Assembly: GCA_044359585.1 (NCBI GenBank) | Contig: JBIKLV010000010.1 | Location: forward strand, 3,319-67,318 | DNA length: 64,000 nt | Source of the DNA: Sulfuritalea sp. | GTDB lineage: Bacteria > Pseudomonadota > Gammaproteobacteria > Burkholderiales > Rhodocyclaceae | Reading direction: 5' to 3' | In this document: positions 19,811 to 30,971 of the stretch, piece by piece | How positions within the stretch are numbered: position 1 is the stretch's first letter | Layout: every line of letters starts with the position of its first letter | The notes under the pieces: generated by a model | What the model was told of the DNA's origin: nothing | Seen by the model: the letters and a program-made list of their open reading frames with translations, nothing else | Databases searched by the model: none | Translations under genes and position numbers: made by a program

Positions 19811-21544
19811 ATGAAAAGAACCGGCGCCTGGATCGCGGTGCGCGCGCTCGAAGCCCTCGGCATCCGCTATACCTTCGGCATTCCCGGCGTGCACAACACC
19901 GAGCTGTACGACGAGCTCAACAGCTCGGAAACAATCACGCCGGTGCTGGTGACGCACGAAGGCGGCGCATCCTTCATGGCCGACGGCATGAGCCGCACCT
20001 CGGGACTCACCGGTACCCTGGTCATCGTCCCCGCCGCCGGCGCCACCCACGCCGCCAGCGGCATCGGTGAGGCCTTCCTCGACGGCATCCCGATGCTGGT
20101 GATCTGCGGCGGCATCCGCAACGACCTCGACAAGACCTACCAGCTGCACGAGATGGATCAGCATGCCTTCGTCAAGGCCCTGACCAAGGCGACCTTCCTC
20201 GTCACCCGCCATGACGAGATCGTGCCGATGCTGTTCAAGGCCTGGGAGACCGCCCACAGCGGCGAACCGGGCCCGGTATTCGTCGAGATTCCGGTGAACC
20301 TGCAGATGTTCCCCGGCGAGGTGACGCCGCTGCCTCCGCTGCCCGTCATCGAGCGTCCGCACCGTGCCGCCAGCGCCGACTTTCAGCGCGCCGCGCAGAT
20401 GCTGCGCGCGGCGAAGCATCCGGCGCTGTTCCTCGGCTGGGGCGCGCGCGACGCGGTTGACCTGACCCGCGCCATCGCCGACCTGCTGCAGGCGCCGATT
20501 GCGACCACGCTGCAGGGCCTGTCGGTGTTCCCCGCCAACCATCCCCTGCACACCGGCTACGGCTTCGGCGCGGCGGCGGTGCCCGCGGCGCGCAACGCCT
20601 TCGCCGACTGCGACTGCCTGCTGGCGGTGGGCACGCGCTTCGCCGAGATCGCCACCGGCAGCTTCGGTGTAACGGTGCCGCCGAACCTGGTCCATGTCGA
20701 CATCAACCCGCAGGTGTTCAGCGCCAATTACCCAGCCGCCGTGACGCTCGAAGGCGATGCGGCTGCGGTGCTGACCGCGCTGCTCGACGAACTGCGAAGA
20801 GTCGGCGCCGGCGCCACGGCGAATTCCGCGCTGCATGCCAGCATCCAGCGCGACAAGCAGGCCTACAACGACGAATGGCTGCGCCACGACAGCGGCGGCA
20901 AGGTCAATCCCGCGGCGTTCTTCAACGCCCTGCGCGCCGCCGTCCCCGGCGACGCGATCGCCGTGGTGGACGACGGCAACCACACCTACCTGACGGCGGA
21001 ACTGTTCCCGGTACACCAGTCGAAGGCCCTGATCGTGCCCACCGACTTCAACGCCATGGGCTACGCCGTGCCCGCCGCCATCGGTGCCAAGCTGGCGAAT
21101 CCCGAACGCGAAGTGTTCGGCATCGTCGGCGACGGCGCCTTCACCATGACCTGCATGGAGATCGTCTCCGCCACGCGGCTGGGACTGGGCATCGTGTACT
21201 ACGTGTTCCACGACGGCGAACTGTCGCAGATCGCCCAGGCGCAGGAGATCCCCTTCAACCGCAAGCCCTGCACCGCTCTGGGCGCCATCGACTTCAGCGG
21301 CGTCGCGATCGCCACCGGCGCGGAATACATCGCCGTCCCGTCCAACGCCGAGGTGATCCCGGCCATCGCCCGCGCACGCGAAACCGCCGCCACTGGCAGG
21401 CCGGTGATCGTCGACCTGATCATGGATTATTCGAAGCGCACCGCCTTCACCCAGGGCGCGGTAAAGACCAACTTCAAGCGCCTGCCGCTCGCCCAGCGCC
21501 TGCGCATGGTGACCCGCGCGGTGAAGCGCAAGATCACCGGCTGA
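19811..21544 (+). CDS. Thiamine-diphosphate-dependent enzyme (acetolactate synthase superfamily)
   Basis: FGIPG, THE catalytic Glu, PGPVFVEIP, GDGAF ThDP motif; start ATG 19811. Confidence 0.92.
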   Translation: MKRTGAWIAVRALEALGIRYTFGIPGVHNTELYDELNSSETITPVLVTHEGGASFMADGMSRTSGLTGTLVIVPAAGATHAASGIGEAFLDGIPMLVICGGIRNDLDKTYQLHEMDQHAFVKALTKATFLVTRHDEIVPMLFKAWETAHSGEPGPVFVEIPVNLQMFPGEVTPLPPLPVIERPHRAASADFQRAAQMLRAAKHPALFLGWGARDAVDLTRAIADLLQAPIATTLQGLSVFPANHPLHTGYGFGAAAVPAARNAFADCDCLLAVGTRFAEIATGSFGVTVPPNLVHVDINPQVFSANYPAAVTLEGDAAAVLTALLDELRRVGAGATANSALHASIQRDKQAYNDEWLRHDSGGKVNPAAFFNALRAAVPGDAIAVVDDGNHTYLTAELFPVHQSKALIVPTDFNAMGYAVPAAIGAKLANPEREVFGIVGDGAFTMTCMEIVSATRLGLGIVYYVFHDGELSQIAQAQEIPFNRKPCTALGAIDFSGVAIATGAEYIAVPSNAEVIPAIARARETAATGRPVIVDLIMDYSKRTAFTQGAVKTNFKRLPLAQRLRMVTRAVKRKITG

Positions 21545-21616
21545 GGTACGGGGCTTGAAATTGCCACGCCAGAGGTTTAGATTTCAAGTTCCGCAGCCAA
21601 CCGAAGGAGGTGATCC

Positions 21617-21757
21617 ATGAAATTCGTCGCACGTATTCTCGCGCTCATGTTCGCGCTGGCGGCCACGTCGGCCTGGGCCTGTCCCGGCGACAAGGCCAAG
21701 GACGACGGCAAGCAGTCCACTCCGAAGAAGCCGACCACGTCGCTGGCGATCGACTGA
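21617..21757 (+). CDS. 46-aa exported peptide (not in the ORF track)
   Basis: AAGGAGGT RBS; MKFVARILALMFALAATSAWA-CPGDKAKDDGKQSTPKKPTTSLAID; own terminator. Confidence 0.75.
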   Translation: MKFVARILALMFALAATSAWACPGDKAKDDGKQSTPKKPTTSLAID

Positions 21758-21779
21758 TCCGCGATCCGCAACCATCAGC

Positions 21780-21812
21780 AGCCGCCGCATTCAAAATGCG
21801 GCGGCTTTTTTT
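21780..21812 (+). terminator. Intrinsic terminator
   Basis: AGCCGCCGCATT-CAA-AATGCGGCGGCT followed by a T run. Confidence 0.88.
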
Positions 21813-21878
21813 CGGGTATCCGAACGAGGGCGCTTACGCAGTGCTGCATGCAAACAGTGGCCTACGAGCCAATGCCCC

Positions 21879-21940
21879 ATCATTCCTGCGGTCTCGACAC
21901 ACCCGGGATTCCACTTCGCGGCGGGCGAAGCGGGAATCCA
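21879..21940. repeat. Degenerate REP-like palindrome (TCATTCC.GCG...GCGGGAATCCA type)
   Basis: GGATTCCACTTCGC / GCGAAGCGGGAATCC hairpin; related to the element at 23755-23782. Confidence 0.5.
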
Positions 21941-22091
21941 CCGGCGTTCGCAGAAGGATTGGCTATCCCCCGCAGCAGTACAGCCATTCATCGTTGATTG
22001 CCCATATCAGCATGATGATCCCCTGCCAATTTGCAAACCCGGGCACCCAGGTGTTACCCTAGTGTCACCTTATAGCAGCAGGTACTGAACC

Positions 22092-22376
22092 ATGCCCACT
22101 ACCTCACTTAAGCTTTCCGAGGATCTCAAACAACGGGCGGTTGCCGCTGCCGAAAAGAAAGGCGTGTCGCCCCATGCCTTCATGGTCAATGCCATTGAGC
22201 AGGCAGCCACGGCCGCCGAGCGGCGGGCCAGTTTCGTAGGCGAAGCTCTGGCAGCACGGGAACAAATGCTGAGCAGCGGAAAGGGCTACGATGCCCGTGA
22301 GGTGCACGACTACCTCACGGCGCGGATATCCGGCAAAAGGCCTGCGAAGCCGAAAGCCAAGTCTTGGCAAGGCTGA
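22092..22376 (+). CDS. Ribbon-helix-helix (CopG/ParD-like) antitoxin
   Basis: TTSLKLSEDLKQR RHH start; overlaps downstream ParE-like gene. Confidence 0.85.
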   Translation: MPTTSLKLSEDLKQRAVAAAEKKGVSPHAFMVNAIEQAATAAERRASFVGEALAAREQMLSSGKGYDAREVHDYLTARISGKRPAKPKAKSWQG

Positions 22377-22669
22377 TCTATTCGGGAAGAGCGCTCGCCG
22401 ATCTCGAAAGGCTGGCCGACTTCCTGATCGAGAGCGACCCGCCCGCCGCAGAAGAAACGATCGGACTTATCGAGGAAGCCGTTGAATTGTTAAGGCGCCA
22501 TCCACTGATAGGCCGGCCGGTGGAACATGAATTGCGAGAATTGGTGATATCCAGAGGGCGTACCGGGTATGTAGCCCTCTATAGCTTCGAGGAAGACCGG
22601 GATGCCGTCCTGATTCTTGCACTGCGCCATCAACGTGAAGCCGGCTATTGGAGCATGGACGATGACTGA
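22364..22669 (+). CDS. ParE/RelE-family toxin
   Basis: A.ADLERL..FL, HPLIGR, RELVI, YVALY, ILALRHQRE motifs; TTG start. Confidence 0.88.
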   Translation: MARLIYSGRALADLERLADFLIESDPPAAEETIGLIEEAVELLRRHPLIGRPVEHELRELVISRGRTGYVALYSFEEDRDAVLILALRHQREAGYWSMDDD

Positions 22670-22758
22670 ATTTTTCAGCGTTGCCAGCAAGCGACGTAAC
22701 GATCCCTTGCCATCGTCCGTTTGCCAATTCTTTTAGGGCAACGGCCCCAGATTTCAGG

Positions 22759-23622
22759 TCAGTCCGTCACCGCCGCCGTATCCGTACGCCGCGACAGCAC
22801 CGTGGCGAACAGGCCGCTGGCGACGATCATCACCACGCCGGCCCAGCCCACCCAGGGCAGGGTTTCGCCCCACAGCAGCATGCCGAAGGCGCTGGAAAAC
22901 ACCACCGTGCTGTAGGCGAGGCTGGCCGAAGTTAGCGTCTTGCCGCGCTTGTAGGCGGCCGTCATGCACAGCTGCGCGAGCAGGCCGAAGCCGCCGACGC
23001 CGAGCAGCAGCAGCCAGCCGCGCAGGTCGATGGCATGGAAGGGGCTGGCCGTCAGCAGCCAGGGCAGGCCGCCCAGGGTGGCCATGGCCGAGAAATAGAA
23101 CACGGTGCGCCATTCCGGCTCGCCCAGTTCGCCCAGGCGCCGCACGTTGAGGTAGGCGACACTGGAGATGATCCCGGAGCCGAGGCCGAACACCGCACCC
23201 AGCCACTGGTCACGGGCCAGCGTCGGCTGCAGCAGGAGGATCACGCCGACGAAGCCGACCGCAAGAACCCCGTAAAAGCCGCGCCGCACCGGTTCCTTGA
23301 CCCACAACGCCAGCAGCAGGGCGAGGAAAAGCGGCGAAGTGTAGTTCAGCGTCACCGCCGCCGCCAGCGGGATCATGCTGATGGCGTAGAAGTACATCAC
23401 CAGCGAAACGAATCCCGAAAGGCCGCGCACCACATGCGTCCGCGCATGCGGCGTCGCCAGCGGCAGGCGGCGCAGGACGACGTAGGAGCCGATCAGCAGC
23501 GTGGCGATGAAGCCGCGCCAGAACACCAGCTCGGCGGCGGAAAACTGCGCGGCGCCAAGCTTGACGCAGACGCCCATGCAGGCGAACAGCAGGCTTGCCG
23601 CGACCATCCAGAGTGATTGCAT
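22759..23622 (-). CDS. DMT/EamA-family transporter
   Basis: Two EamA repeats, ~10 TM helices; start ATG 23622. Confidence 0.9.
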   Translation of the reverse strand: MQSLWMVAASLLFACMGVCVKLGAAQFSAAELVFWRGFIATLLIGSYVVLRRLPLATPHARTHVVRGLSGFVSLVMYFYAISMIPLAAAVTLNYTSPLFLALLLALWVKEPVRRGFYGVLAVGFVGVILLLQPTLARDQWLGAVFGLGSGIISSVAYLNVRRLGELGEPEWRTVFYFSAMATLGGLPWLLTASPFHAIDLRGWLLLLGVGGFGLLAQLCMTAAYKRGKTLTSASLAYSTVVFSSAFGMLLWGETLPWVGWAGVVMIVASGLFATVLSRRTDTAAVTD

Positions 23623-23667
23623 TTGGAGATCCACTGAATAGGGCCGGCCCACCGTCGGCTCTGCATG

Positions 23668-23782
23668 CCCTGGATTCCGCTTTATGTCCCGCAGGGACGG
23701 TATCCCCTTGCGGGACGCGGGGTGGCAAGGCCGGTGCTCATGTAACCGAAAGTACTGGATTCCGGCTTTCGCCGGAATGACG
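23668..23782. repeat. REP-like palindromic cluster
   Basis: CTGGATTCCGGCTTTCGCCGGAATGACG (23755-23782), partial CTGGATTCCGCTTT copy near 23669 and a TCCCGCAGGG/CCCTTGCGGGA hairpin. Confidence 0.65.
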
Positions 23783-23848
23783 AAATTGGTCAGGCTCTCG
23801 CGCTACGGGCACCGGCGACCCACCGGCGCCCGTAGCGGACATCCTCGA

Positions 23849-24949
23849 TCAGGCTGGGTCCGCCATCACGCGCCGGTAGAACTCATGAAAGTGCTGCATG
23901 CCGTCTTCCATGGGCGACTGGTAGGGTCCGACTTCGCTGCGTCCCTGCTTCATCAGCGCGCGACGGCCGCGATCCATGCGTTCGCCGATGTCGTCGTCCT
24001 CGATCGCTGTCTCCATGTAGGCGGCCTGCTCGGCCTTGATGAATTCGGGCTCGAACAGCGCGATGTCCTCTGGGTAGTAGAACTCGACGACATTCAGGGT
24101 CCGGTCCACGTCCTGGGGAATCAGGGTCGACACCACCAGCACGTGCGGATACCACTCGACCATGATGTTCGGGTAGTAGGTGAGCCAGATCGCGCCGTGC
24201 TTCGGCAGTTCGCCGTTGTAGTAATCCAGCACCGCCTTGTGCCACTGCTTGTAGGTCGCCGAACCGGGCTTGGCCAGCGAGGTGATGCCGACCCGCTGCA
24301 CCGAGTACCAGTCGCCGAACTGCCAGGCTAGGTCCTCGCAGGTGACGAAGCCGCCGAGGCCGGGGTGATAGGGCGCGACGTGGTAGTCCTCCAGATACAC
24401 CTCGATGAAGGTCTTCCAGTTGTAATTGCACTGGTGCAGTTCGACATGGTCGAGCTTGTAGCCGTCGAACTTGAGTTCGCCAGCCACCTTCATGCCGGCC
24501 AGGTCGACGTTGGCCGAACGCGGCCCCTTGAACAGCAGGCCCTGCCAGTTTTCCAGCTTTTGCTTGGCGAGGTTGAGGCAGGGATTGGCGGGAAAGTGCG
24601 GTGCCCCGATCAGTTCGCCGCCGGTGTCGTAGGTCCAGCGATGGATCGGGCAGACGATGTTCTTCGCATTGCCCGCGCCCTGCAGCATGATGGCCTGCCT
24701 GTGGCGGCAGACATTGGACATCTCGTAGTGGCCGTCGGGCTGATGCACCACCATGCGCGCATGGTCGTGCCACTCCTGCGAACGATAGTCATGGACTTCG
24801 GGAACCATCAGTTCATGGCCGACATAGCCCGGTCCGGCATCGAAGATCAGCTTCTTCTCCATTTCGAAGCGCTTCTCATCGAAATACCACTCAACCGGAA
24901 ACTGCGACGCACCTGGCGACAGGAGCGCTCGCGAGCCTACTTCGGACAT
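23849..24949 (-). CDS. Rieske non-heme iron oxygenase alpha subunit
   Basis: CRHR..CPIH Rieske ligands; NWKTF.E..LEDYHV..YH mononuclear iron motif; start ATG 24949. Confidence 0.92.
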   Translation of the reverse strand: MSEVGSRALLSPGASQFPVEWYFDEKRFEMEKKLIFDAGPGYVGHELMVPEVHDYRSQEWHDHARMVVHQPDGHYEMSNVCRHRQAIMLQGAGNAKNIVCPIHRWTYDTGGELIGAPHFPANPCLNLAKQKLENWQGLLFKGPRSANVDLAGMKVAGELKFDGYKLDHVELHQCNYNWKTFIEVYLEDYHVAPYHPGLGGFVTCEDLAWQFGDWYSVQRVGITSLAKPGSATYKQWHKAVLDYYNGELPKHGAIWLTYYPNIMVEWYPHVLVVSTLIPQDVDRTLNVVEFYYPEDIALFEPEFIKAEQAAYMETAIEDDDIGERMDRGRRALMKQGRSEVGPYQSPMEDGMQHFHEFYRRVMADPA

Positions 24950-25190
24950 GATTCCCAACCTCCAAGAGGGTTTACCCGGAAACCGGAAACGGACGGAATG
25001 CCAAGTTTCGAAACAGGCCGATGCCCCGTGCCAGCGGGCGATTTGCCGAAACTGAAGGTCCGCCAAGACAGACAATCGGCCGGAAAATCCGGCCGCGCAA
25101 TTGTAGCCAATTTGACCAGAGGGCGCACCTTAGGCTATTTTTACGCTTTTCCCTTGCCGCCGGTCACTGCTTTCGGCCAAGGCTTCACTC

Positions 25191-25466
25191 ATGGCCACAT
25201 CTTCGAACACTGTTTTGGATACCGATTCCGCCGGCGATAGCTCCCCGTCGTTTGAAAACGCCCTCGGCGAACTGGAAGCGATAGTCGCGGCGATGGAGGC
25301 CGGCCAGATGCCCCTGCAGGATGCCCTTGACGCCTACAAGCGCGGCTCGGCCCTGTTGCGCCAGTGCCAGGCGACGCTCAACGCGGCGGAGCAGCAGATA
25401 CGCATCCTCGACGGCGATAGACTGCGCGATTTCGACGCGGAACTCGACGGCAAACAAGAAAGCTGA
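25191..25466 (+). CDS. xseB: Exodeoxyribonuclease VII small subunit
   Basis: SFENALGELEAIV..ME.G..PL. Confidence 0.95.
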   Translation: MATSSNTVLDTDSAGDSSPSFENALGELEAIVAAMEAGQMPLQDALDAYKRGSALLRQCQATLNAAEQQIRILDGDRLRDFDAELDGKQES

Positions 25467-25473
25467 AGCACCC

Positions 25474-26358
25474 ATGGATTTCCTGACCTGGATGTCCGCC
25501 ATCCAGCGGCGCACCGAATCGGCCCTCGAGGCCGCCCTGCCGGCCTCCGACCTTTCGCCCGCGCGCCTGCACCAGGCGATGCGGTATTCGGTCCTTGGCG
25601 GCGGCAAACGCGTACGCCCGCTGCTTTGCCATGCGACCGGCGCGATCTTCGGCGCCGCAGAGAAGGTGCTGGATGCTCCGGCCATCGCCGTCGAACTGAT
25701 CCATGCCTATTCGCTGGTGCACGATGACATGCCCTGCATGGACGACGACGTGCTTCGCCGCGGCAAGCCGACCTGCCACGTCGAGTTCGACGAGGCGACC
25801 GCGCTCCTGGTCGGCGACGCCTTGCAGACCATGGCCTTTCAGGTGCTCGCCGAACGGCTCCCCGGCATCTCCGCGCCGCGACAGATAGAGATGATGCACC
25901 TGCTGGCGGTTGCCTCGGGATCGCGCGGCATGGCCGGCGGCCAGGCCATCGACCTTGCCGCGGTAGGCCGCCAGCTCGACATCGGCGAGCTCGAGTACAT
26001 GCACATCCACAAGACCGGCGCGCTGATCCGTGCCGCCGTGCTGCTCGGCGCACATTGCGGCGAAGCGGCGCCCGACGCGATGGAGCGCCTCGGGCGCTTC
26101 GCCAACCGCATCGGCCTGCTGTTCCAGGTGGTCGACGACATCCTCGATGCCGAAGCGAGTACCGCCACGCTGGGCAAGACCGCCGGCAAGGACGCTGCGC
26201 AAAACAAGCCCACCTATGTCAATTTTCTCGGCGTGAAAGAGTCGAAAGCCATGGCCGCCAAGCTGCGTCAGGATGCCCACGACGCGCTTGCCCCATTCGG
26301 CAATTCCGCCACGCGCCTGCACGAACTTGCCGACTTCATCGTCGAGCGGACCTTCTGA
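25474..26358 (+). CDS. ispA: Farnesyl diphosphate synthase
   Basis: [22 protein letters not shown]; start ATG 25474. Confidence 0.95.
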   Translation: MDFLTWMSAIQRRTESALEAALPASDLSPARLHQAMRYSVLGGGKRVRPLLCHATGAIFGAAEKVLDAPAIAVELIHAYSLVHDDMPCMDDDVLRRGKPTCHVEFDEATALLVGDALQTMAFQVLAERLPGISAPRQIEMMHLLAVASGSRGMAGGQAIDLAAVGRQLDIGELEYMHIHKTGALIRAAVLLGAHCGEAAPDAMERLGRFANRIGLLFQVVDDILDAEASTATLGKTAGKDAAQNKPTYVNFLGVKESKAMAAKLRQDAHDALAPFGNSATRLHELADFIVERTF

Positions 26359-28220
26359 TGACCCATCCCCTGCTTGACGCAATCCTTTCTCCCGCCGACC
26401 TGCGCGCCCTGCCGCGCGAACAGTTGCCGCAAATCGCCGACGAATTGCGGGCATTCCTGCTCGAATCGGTCTCCAAAACGGGCGGACACCTGTCGTCCAA
26501 CCTGGGCACGGTGGAACTGACCGTCGCCCTGCATTACGTCTTCGATACGCCCGCCGATCGACTGGTCTGGGACGTCGGTCACCAGACCTATCCACACAAG
26601 GCGCTGACGGGCCGCCGCGGCGGCATGGAGCGCCTGCGCATGAAGGACGGCGTCTCCGGCTTTCCGCGCCGCTGCGAGAGCGAGTACGACACCTTCGGCG
26701 TCGGACATTCCTCGACCTCGATTTCGGCCGCGCTGGGCATGGCGGTCGCCGCCCGCAACCGGGGCGAGGAGCGGCGCGTGGTGGCGATCATCGGCGACGG
26801 CGCGATGTCCGCCGGACAGGCCTTCGAGGCGCTCAACAACGCCGGCGTGATCGACGCCAACCTGCTGGTGATACTCAACGACAATGACATGTCGATCTCG
26901 CCGCCGGTGGGCGCGCTCAACAAGTACCTGGCGCGCCTGCTGTCCGGCGGCACCTTCAACGCGGCGCGCCGCGCTGGCGAAAAGGTCCTGGCCTCGCTGC
27001 CGAACGTCCTCGAATTCGCCAACCGCGTCGAGGAGCACGTCAAGGGCATGATCTCGCCGGGCACCCTGTTCGAAGAGTTCGGCTTCAACTACATCGGCCC
27101 CATCGACGGCCACGACCTCGATGCGCTGATCCCGACGCTGCAGAACCTGCGCAAGCTGAAGGGCCCGCAGTTCCTCCACGTAATAACGCGCAAGGGCCAG
27201 GGCTACAAGCTGGCCGAGGCTGATCCGATCCTCTATCACGGGGTCGGCAAGTTCGACGCCGCGAATGGCATCGAACAGGCCAAGGCGTCGGGGCGTCCGA
27301 CCTACACGCAGGTCTTTGGCGACTGGCTGTGCGACCAGGCCAAAGCCGACAACCGCCTGATCGGCATCACGCCGGCAATGCGCGAGGGCTCCGGCATGGT
27401 GCGCTTCGCCCAGGAGTTTCCGCAGCGCTACTTCGACGTCGGCATCGCCGAACAGCATGCCGTCACCTTTGCCGGCGGCTTGGCCTGCGAGGGCATGCGT
27501 CCGGTGGTGGCGATCTACTCGACCTTCCTGCAGCGCGCCTACGACCAGCTGATCCACGACATCGCCCTGCAAAACCTGCCGGTGGTGTTCGCCATCGATC
27601 GCGGCGGCCTGGTGGGCGCCGACGGAGCCACCCACAACGGCGCTTTCGACCTGTCCTACCTGACCTGCATCCCGAACATGGTCGTGATGACGCCGAGCGA
27701 CGAGAACGAATGCCGCAAGATGCTTTCCACGGCCTACACGCTGAACTGCCCGAGCGCGGTCCGCTACCCGCGTGGCAGCGGCCCGGGAACCCCCGTGGAA
27801 GCCTCGCTGGACGTCCTGCCGACCGGCAAGGGGGAGTTGCGCCGGCGCGGCAAGCGAGTGGCGCTGCTGGCCTTTGGCTCGATGCTGGCGCCGGCCTTGA
27901 AGGCGGCGGAAGCACTCGATGCCAGCGTCGCCAACATGCGCTTCGTCAAGCCGCTCGACACCGAACTGGTGCGCCAGTTGGCCGCGGAACACGAACTCCT
28001 GGTCAGCATCGAGGAGAACGCCCTGATCGGCGGCGGCGGCGCCGAGATTGCCCGCGCGCTCGAGGAAGCTGGAATCACAGTGCCCTTCCTGCGCTTGGGC
28101 CTGCCCGACCGATTCATCGATCACGGCGATTCGGTACTGCTGCTCGCGGAACTAGGCCTTGACGCCCCCGGAATTGAGCGTAGCGTCAGGGCCAGCCTGA
28201 ACAGGGCGAGCAATAGTTGA
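26358..28220 (+). CDS. dxs: 1-deoxy-D-xylulose-5-phosphate synthase
   Basis: [30 protein letters not shown]; TGATG overlap with ispA. Confidence 0.97.
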   Translation: MTHPLLDAILSPADLRALPREQLPQIADELRAFLLESVSKTGGHLSSNLGTVELTVALHYVFDTPADRLVWDVGHQTYPHKALTGRRGGMERLRMKDGVSGFPRRCESEYDTFGVGHSSTSISAALGMAVAARNRGEERRVVAIIGDGAMSAGQAFEALNNAGVIDANLLVILNDNDMSISPPVGALNKYLARLLSGGTFNAARRAGEKVLASLPNVLEFANRVEEHVKGMISPGTLFEEFGFNYIGPIDGHDLDALIPTLQNLRKLKGPQFLHVITRKGQGYKLAEADPILYHGVGKFDAANGIEQAKASGRPTYTQVFGDWLCDQAKADNRLIGITPAMREGSGMVRFAQEFPQRYFDVGIAEQHAVTFAGGLACEGMRPVVAIYSTFLQRAYDQLIHDIALQNLPVVFAIDRGGLVGADGATHNGAFDLSYLTCIPNMVVMTPSDENECRKMLSTAYTLNCPSAVRYPRGSGPGTPVEASLDVLPTGKGELRRRGKRVALLAFGSMLAPALKAAEALDASVANMRFVKPLDTELVRQLAAEHELLVSIEENALIGGGGAEIARALEEAGITVPFLRLGLPDRFIDHGDSVLLLAELGLDAPGIERSVRASLNRASNS

Positions 28221-28275
28221 GTAATTCAGTCGGGAAATGCTATAGTTCGTCTATCGACAATCGCCAACCAGCACA

Positions 28276-29100
28276 ATGAACAGCAGGAATCCCATGGCTC
28301 CAGCCAAGCAAGCCCCGATTGCAGACGTCCAGAACAGCGAGGATTCGCGCCAGTTGCCGATCAACAAGGTCGGCATCAAGGACATACGCCATCCTTTCAA
28401 GGTCTTGGACAAGAGCGGCGGCGTACGCCACACGATCGCCACCTTCAACATGTATGTCGGACTGCCCCACAATTTCAAGGGCACCCACATGTCGCGCTTC
28501 GTCGAGATCCTCAACTCGCATGAGGAAGAGATTTCGGTCGAGAGCTTCGAGACCATGCTGCGCGAAATGGTCACTCGCCTCGAGGCGGAGACCGGGCACC
28601 TCGAAATGAGTTTCCCGTATTTCATCAATAAGGCGGCACCCGTTTCGGGCGTCAAGAGCCTGATGGATTACGAGGTCACCTTCATCGGCGAAATCATCCC
28701 CGGAAACCATTACCGCCAGACCATCAAGGTCGTGGTGCCGGTAACCAGCCTCTGCCCCTGCTCGAAGAAGATCTCCGACCGTGGTGCCCACAACCAGCGC
28801 TCCCACGTCACCATCACGGCGACCACCAACCAGCTGGTGTGGATCGAAGACCTCGTGCGCATGGCCGAAACCCAGGCTTCCTGCGAGCTCTACGGCTTGC
28901 TCAAGCGTCCCGATGAAAAACTCGTGACCGAGCGCGCCTACGACAATCCCAAGTTCGTCGAAGACTTGGTGCGCGACGTTGCCGGCGCGCTCAATGCCGA
29001 TCCGCGCATCGACGCGTACGTGGTCGAAAGCGAAAACTTCGAGTCGATCCACAACCACTCGGCCTACGCGCTGATCGAGTGCAACAAGAAGCGCTACTGA
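28276..29100 (+). CDS. folE2: GTP cyclohydrolase FolE2
   Basis: [28 protein letters not shown]. Confidence 0.95.
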   Translation: MNSRNPMAPAKQAPIADVQNSEDSRQLPINKVGIKDIRHPFKVLDKSGGVRHTIATFNMYVGLPHNFKGTHMSRFVEILNSHEEEISVESFETMLREMVTRLEAETGHLEMSFPYFINKAAPVSGVKSLMDYEVTFIGEIIPGNHYRQTIKVVVPVTSLCPCSKKISDRGAHNQRSHVTITATTNQLVWIEDLVRMAETQASCELYGLLKRPDEKLVTERAYDNPKFVEDLVRDVAGALNADPRIDAYVVESENFESIHNHSAYALIECNKKRY

Positions 29101-29129
29101 CCGCTCCTGAGTCCTCCCGACACAAATGA

Positions 29130-29165
29130 AACGGGCCGCCCGGTTACGCCGGGCGGCCCGTTGTT
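29130..29165. terminator. Terminator between folE2 and rplS
   Basis: 14-bp stem AACGGGCCGCCCGG / CCGGGCGGCCCGTT. Confidence 0.75.
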
Positions 29166-29253
29166 CTTGCGGCGCAGGCGATAAGGCCTTGCTAGTGCGG
29201 CTTTTAGTTCCGGCCAACGCCCGCTGACGCGGGCATTAGCCTGCACTGAAAGC

Positions 29254-29616
29254 TCACGCCTTGCGCGTGAGCTTTTCCTTGATGCGGGCCGACTTGCCGG
29301 AACGGTCGCGCAGGTAGTAGAGCTTGGCGCGACGGACATCACCACGACGCTTGAGTTCGATGCTGGCGATCAGCGGCGAGTAAGTCTGGAAAGTACGCTC
29401 GACGCCCTCGCCGGAGGAAATCTTGCGCACGATGAAATTCGAGTTGAGGCCGCGATTGCGCTTGGAGATCACCACGCCTTCGAATGCCTGGACGCGCTTG
29501 CGATCGCCTTCGACCACATTCACGTTGACGACCACGGTATCGCCGGGAGCGAACTCGGGCACGGTCTTGCCCAGGCGTTCAATTTCTTCCTTTTCGAGTT
29601 GCTGAATCAGGTTCAT
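29254..29616 (-). CDS. rplS: 50S ribosomal protein L19
   Basis: Recognised sequence ([20 protein letters not shown]). Confidence 0.98.
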   Translation of the reverse strand: MNLIQQLEKEEIERLGKTVPEFAPGDTVVVNVNVVEGDRKRVQAFEGVVISKRNRGLNSNFIVRKISSGEGVERTFQTYSPLIASIELKRRGDVRRAKLYYLRDRSGKSARIKEKLTRKA

Positions 29617-29701
29617 GCTTCACTCCATATTTTGTGGCTACGGATGCTTCCCGTCAGCCTTGCCCGCAGAGCAGGACACACTGTCCTGATACGCGCCGTT
29701 T

Positions 29702-30463
29702 CTAATTGACCTCCCGCTGGAACTCGCCCAGCAGGATGGCCTCTTCACTGCTCAACACCCTCGTCTCGATCAGATCCGGGCGCCGTTGCCACGTCCGACC
29801 CAGCGCCTGTTTCAGGCGCCAGCGCCGTATTGCCTCATGGTTGCCGGACAGCAAAACCGCCGGTACCGCAATTCCTTCGTACACCTCCGGCCGCGTGTAG
29901 TGCGGACAGTCCAGCAAGCCTGCAGCAAACGAATCCTCCGCTGCCGAGGCTTCATCGTTCAATGCTCCTGGCAGCAGCCTGATGCAGGCATCCATCAGGG
30001 CCATCGCCGCCAGTTCGCCGCCGGACAATACAAAATCGCCCAGCGACAGTTCTTCATCCACGCAGCGTTCGATCACACGCTCGTCTATTCCTTCGTAGCG
30101 CCCACACAGCAGGATCGCCCCGCCCTCCGCCACCAGTCCAGCAACACGTCGCTGGTCGATCCGCCGTCCCTGCGGCGAAAGGTAGATCACTTTCGCCGTA
30201 GCGCCAGCGCCGACTTTTGCCGCGGCCGCCGCTTTTGCCACACCAATCGCCTGCTCCAGCGGTGAAGCCATCATCACCATCCCGGGGCCACCGCCATACG
30301 GCCGGTCATCCACCGTTCGATGCACATCCTGCGTCCACTCTCGCGGATTGCGAAACTCCACCTGCCACAAGCCGCGTTCCAGCGCCCTCCGCGTAATCCC
30401 GGATGCGGTCAAGGCCGCGAACATCTCCGGGAACAGCGTAATGACATCGAAGCGCAAACTCAC
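29702..30463 (-). CDS. trmD: tRNA (guanine-N1)-methyltransferase
   Basis: [30 protein letters not shown]. Confidence 0.97.
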   Translation of the reverse strand: MSLRFDVITLFPEMFAALTASGITRRALERGLWQVEFRNPREWTQDVHRTVDDRPYGGGPGMVMMASPLEQAIGVAKAAAAAKVGAGATAKVIYLSPQGRRIDQRRVAGLVAEGGAILLCGRYEGIDERVIERCVDEELSLGDFVLSGGELAAMALMDACIRLLPGALNDEASAAEDSFAAGLLDCPHYTRPEVYEGIAVPAVLLSGNHEAIRRWRLKQALGRTWQRRPDLIETRVLSSEEAILLGEFQREVN

Positions 30464-30966
30464 CAGTCGCTATCCCAGTCGACACGCACCAACTTCGCTA
30501 CGACATCGACCTTCTTGACCACCTGCTCGACAAAGGGCAGCAAGCGTTCGCGCTCTCCGTCGGCCACGACCAGCACCTCGTTCGCGCCCGTCTCAATCAG
30601 GGACTTGACGCGACCCAGCGGCTGATCCTGCATATTCACAACATCGAGGCCGACCAGGTCGGCCCAGTAGTACTCATCCTGCGACGGCTCCGGCAAAGCT
30701 TCGCGTGGTGCGCCGAAATAGCAACTGCCCAGAGCCTCTGATGCGTCGCGATCATCGATCCCGGACAGTTTGGCCACGACACCGTCGCCGTGCAGCTTTA
30801 CCGCCTCAAGAGCGCGAGGCGTCCAGTGTTCCGCCGGCGCCTCAGCATCCGCTGAGAGCCACCATTGCGGCATCTTTCGCCATGCCTCGGGATCATCGCC
30901 GAAGGGGTGCACCCTGAGCCAGCCCTGAACCCCGAACGGGGCGACAATGCGCCCCAACACGATCAT
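30460..30966 (-). CDS. rimM: 16S rRNA processing protein RimM
   Basis: [30 protein letters not shown]. Confidence 0.95.
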   Translation of the reverse strand: MIVLGRIVAPFGVQGWLRVHPFGDDPEAWRKMPQWWLSADAEAPAEHWTPRALEAVKLHGDGVVAKLSGIDDRDASEALGSCYFGAPREALPEPSQDEYYWADLVGLDVVNMQDQPLGRVKSLIETGANEVLVVADGERERLLPFVEQVVKKVDVVAKLVRVDWDSDW

Positions 30967-30971
30967 GCGAA

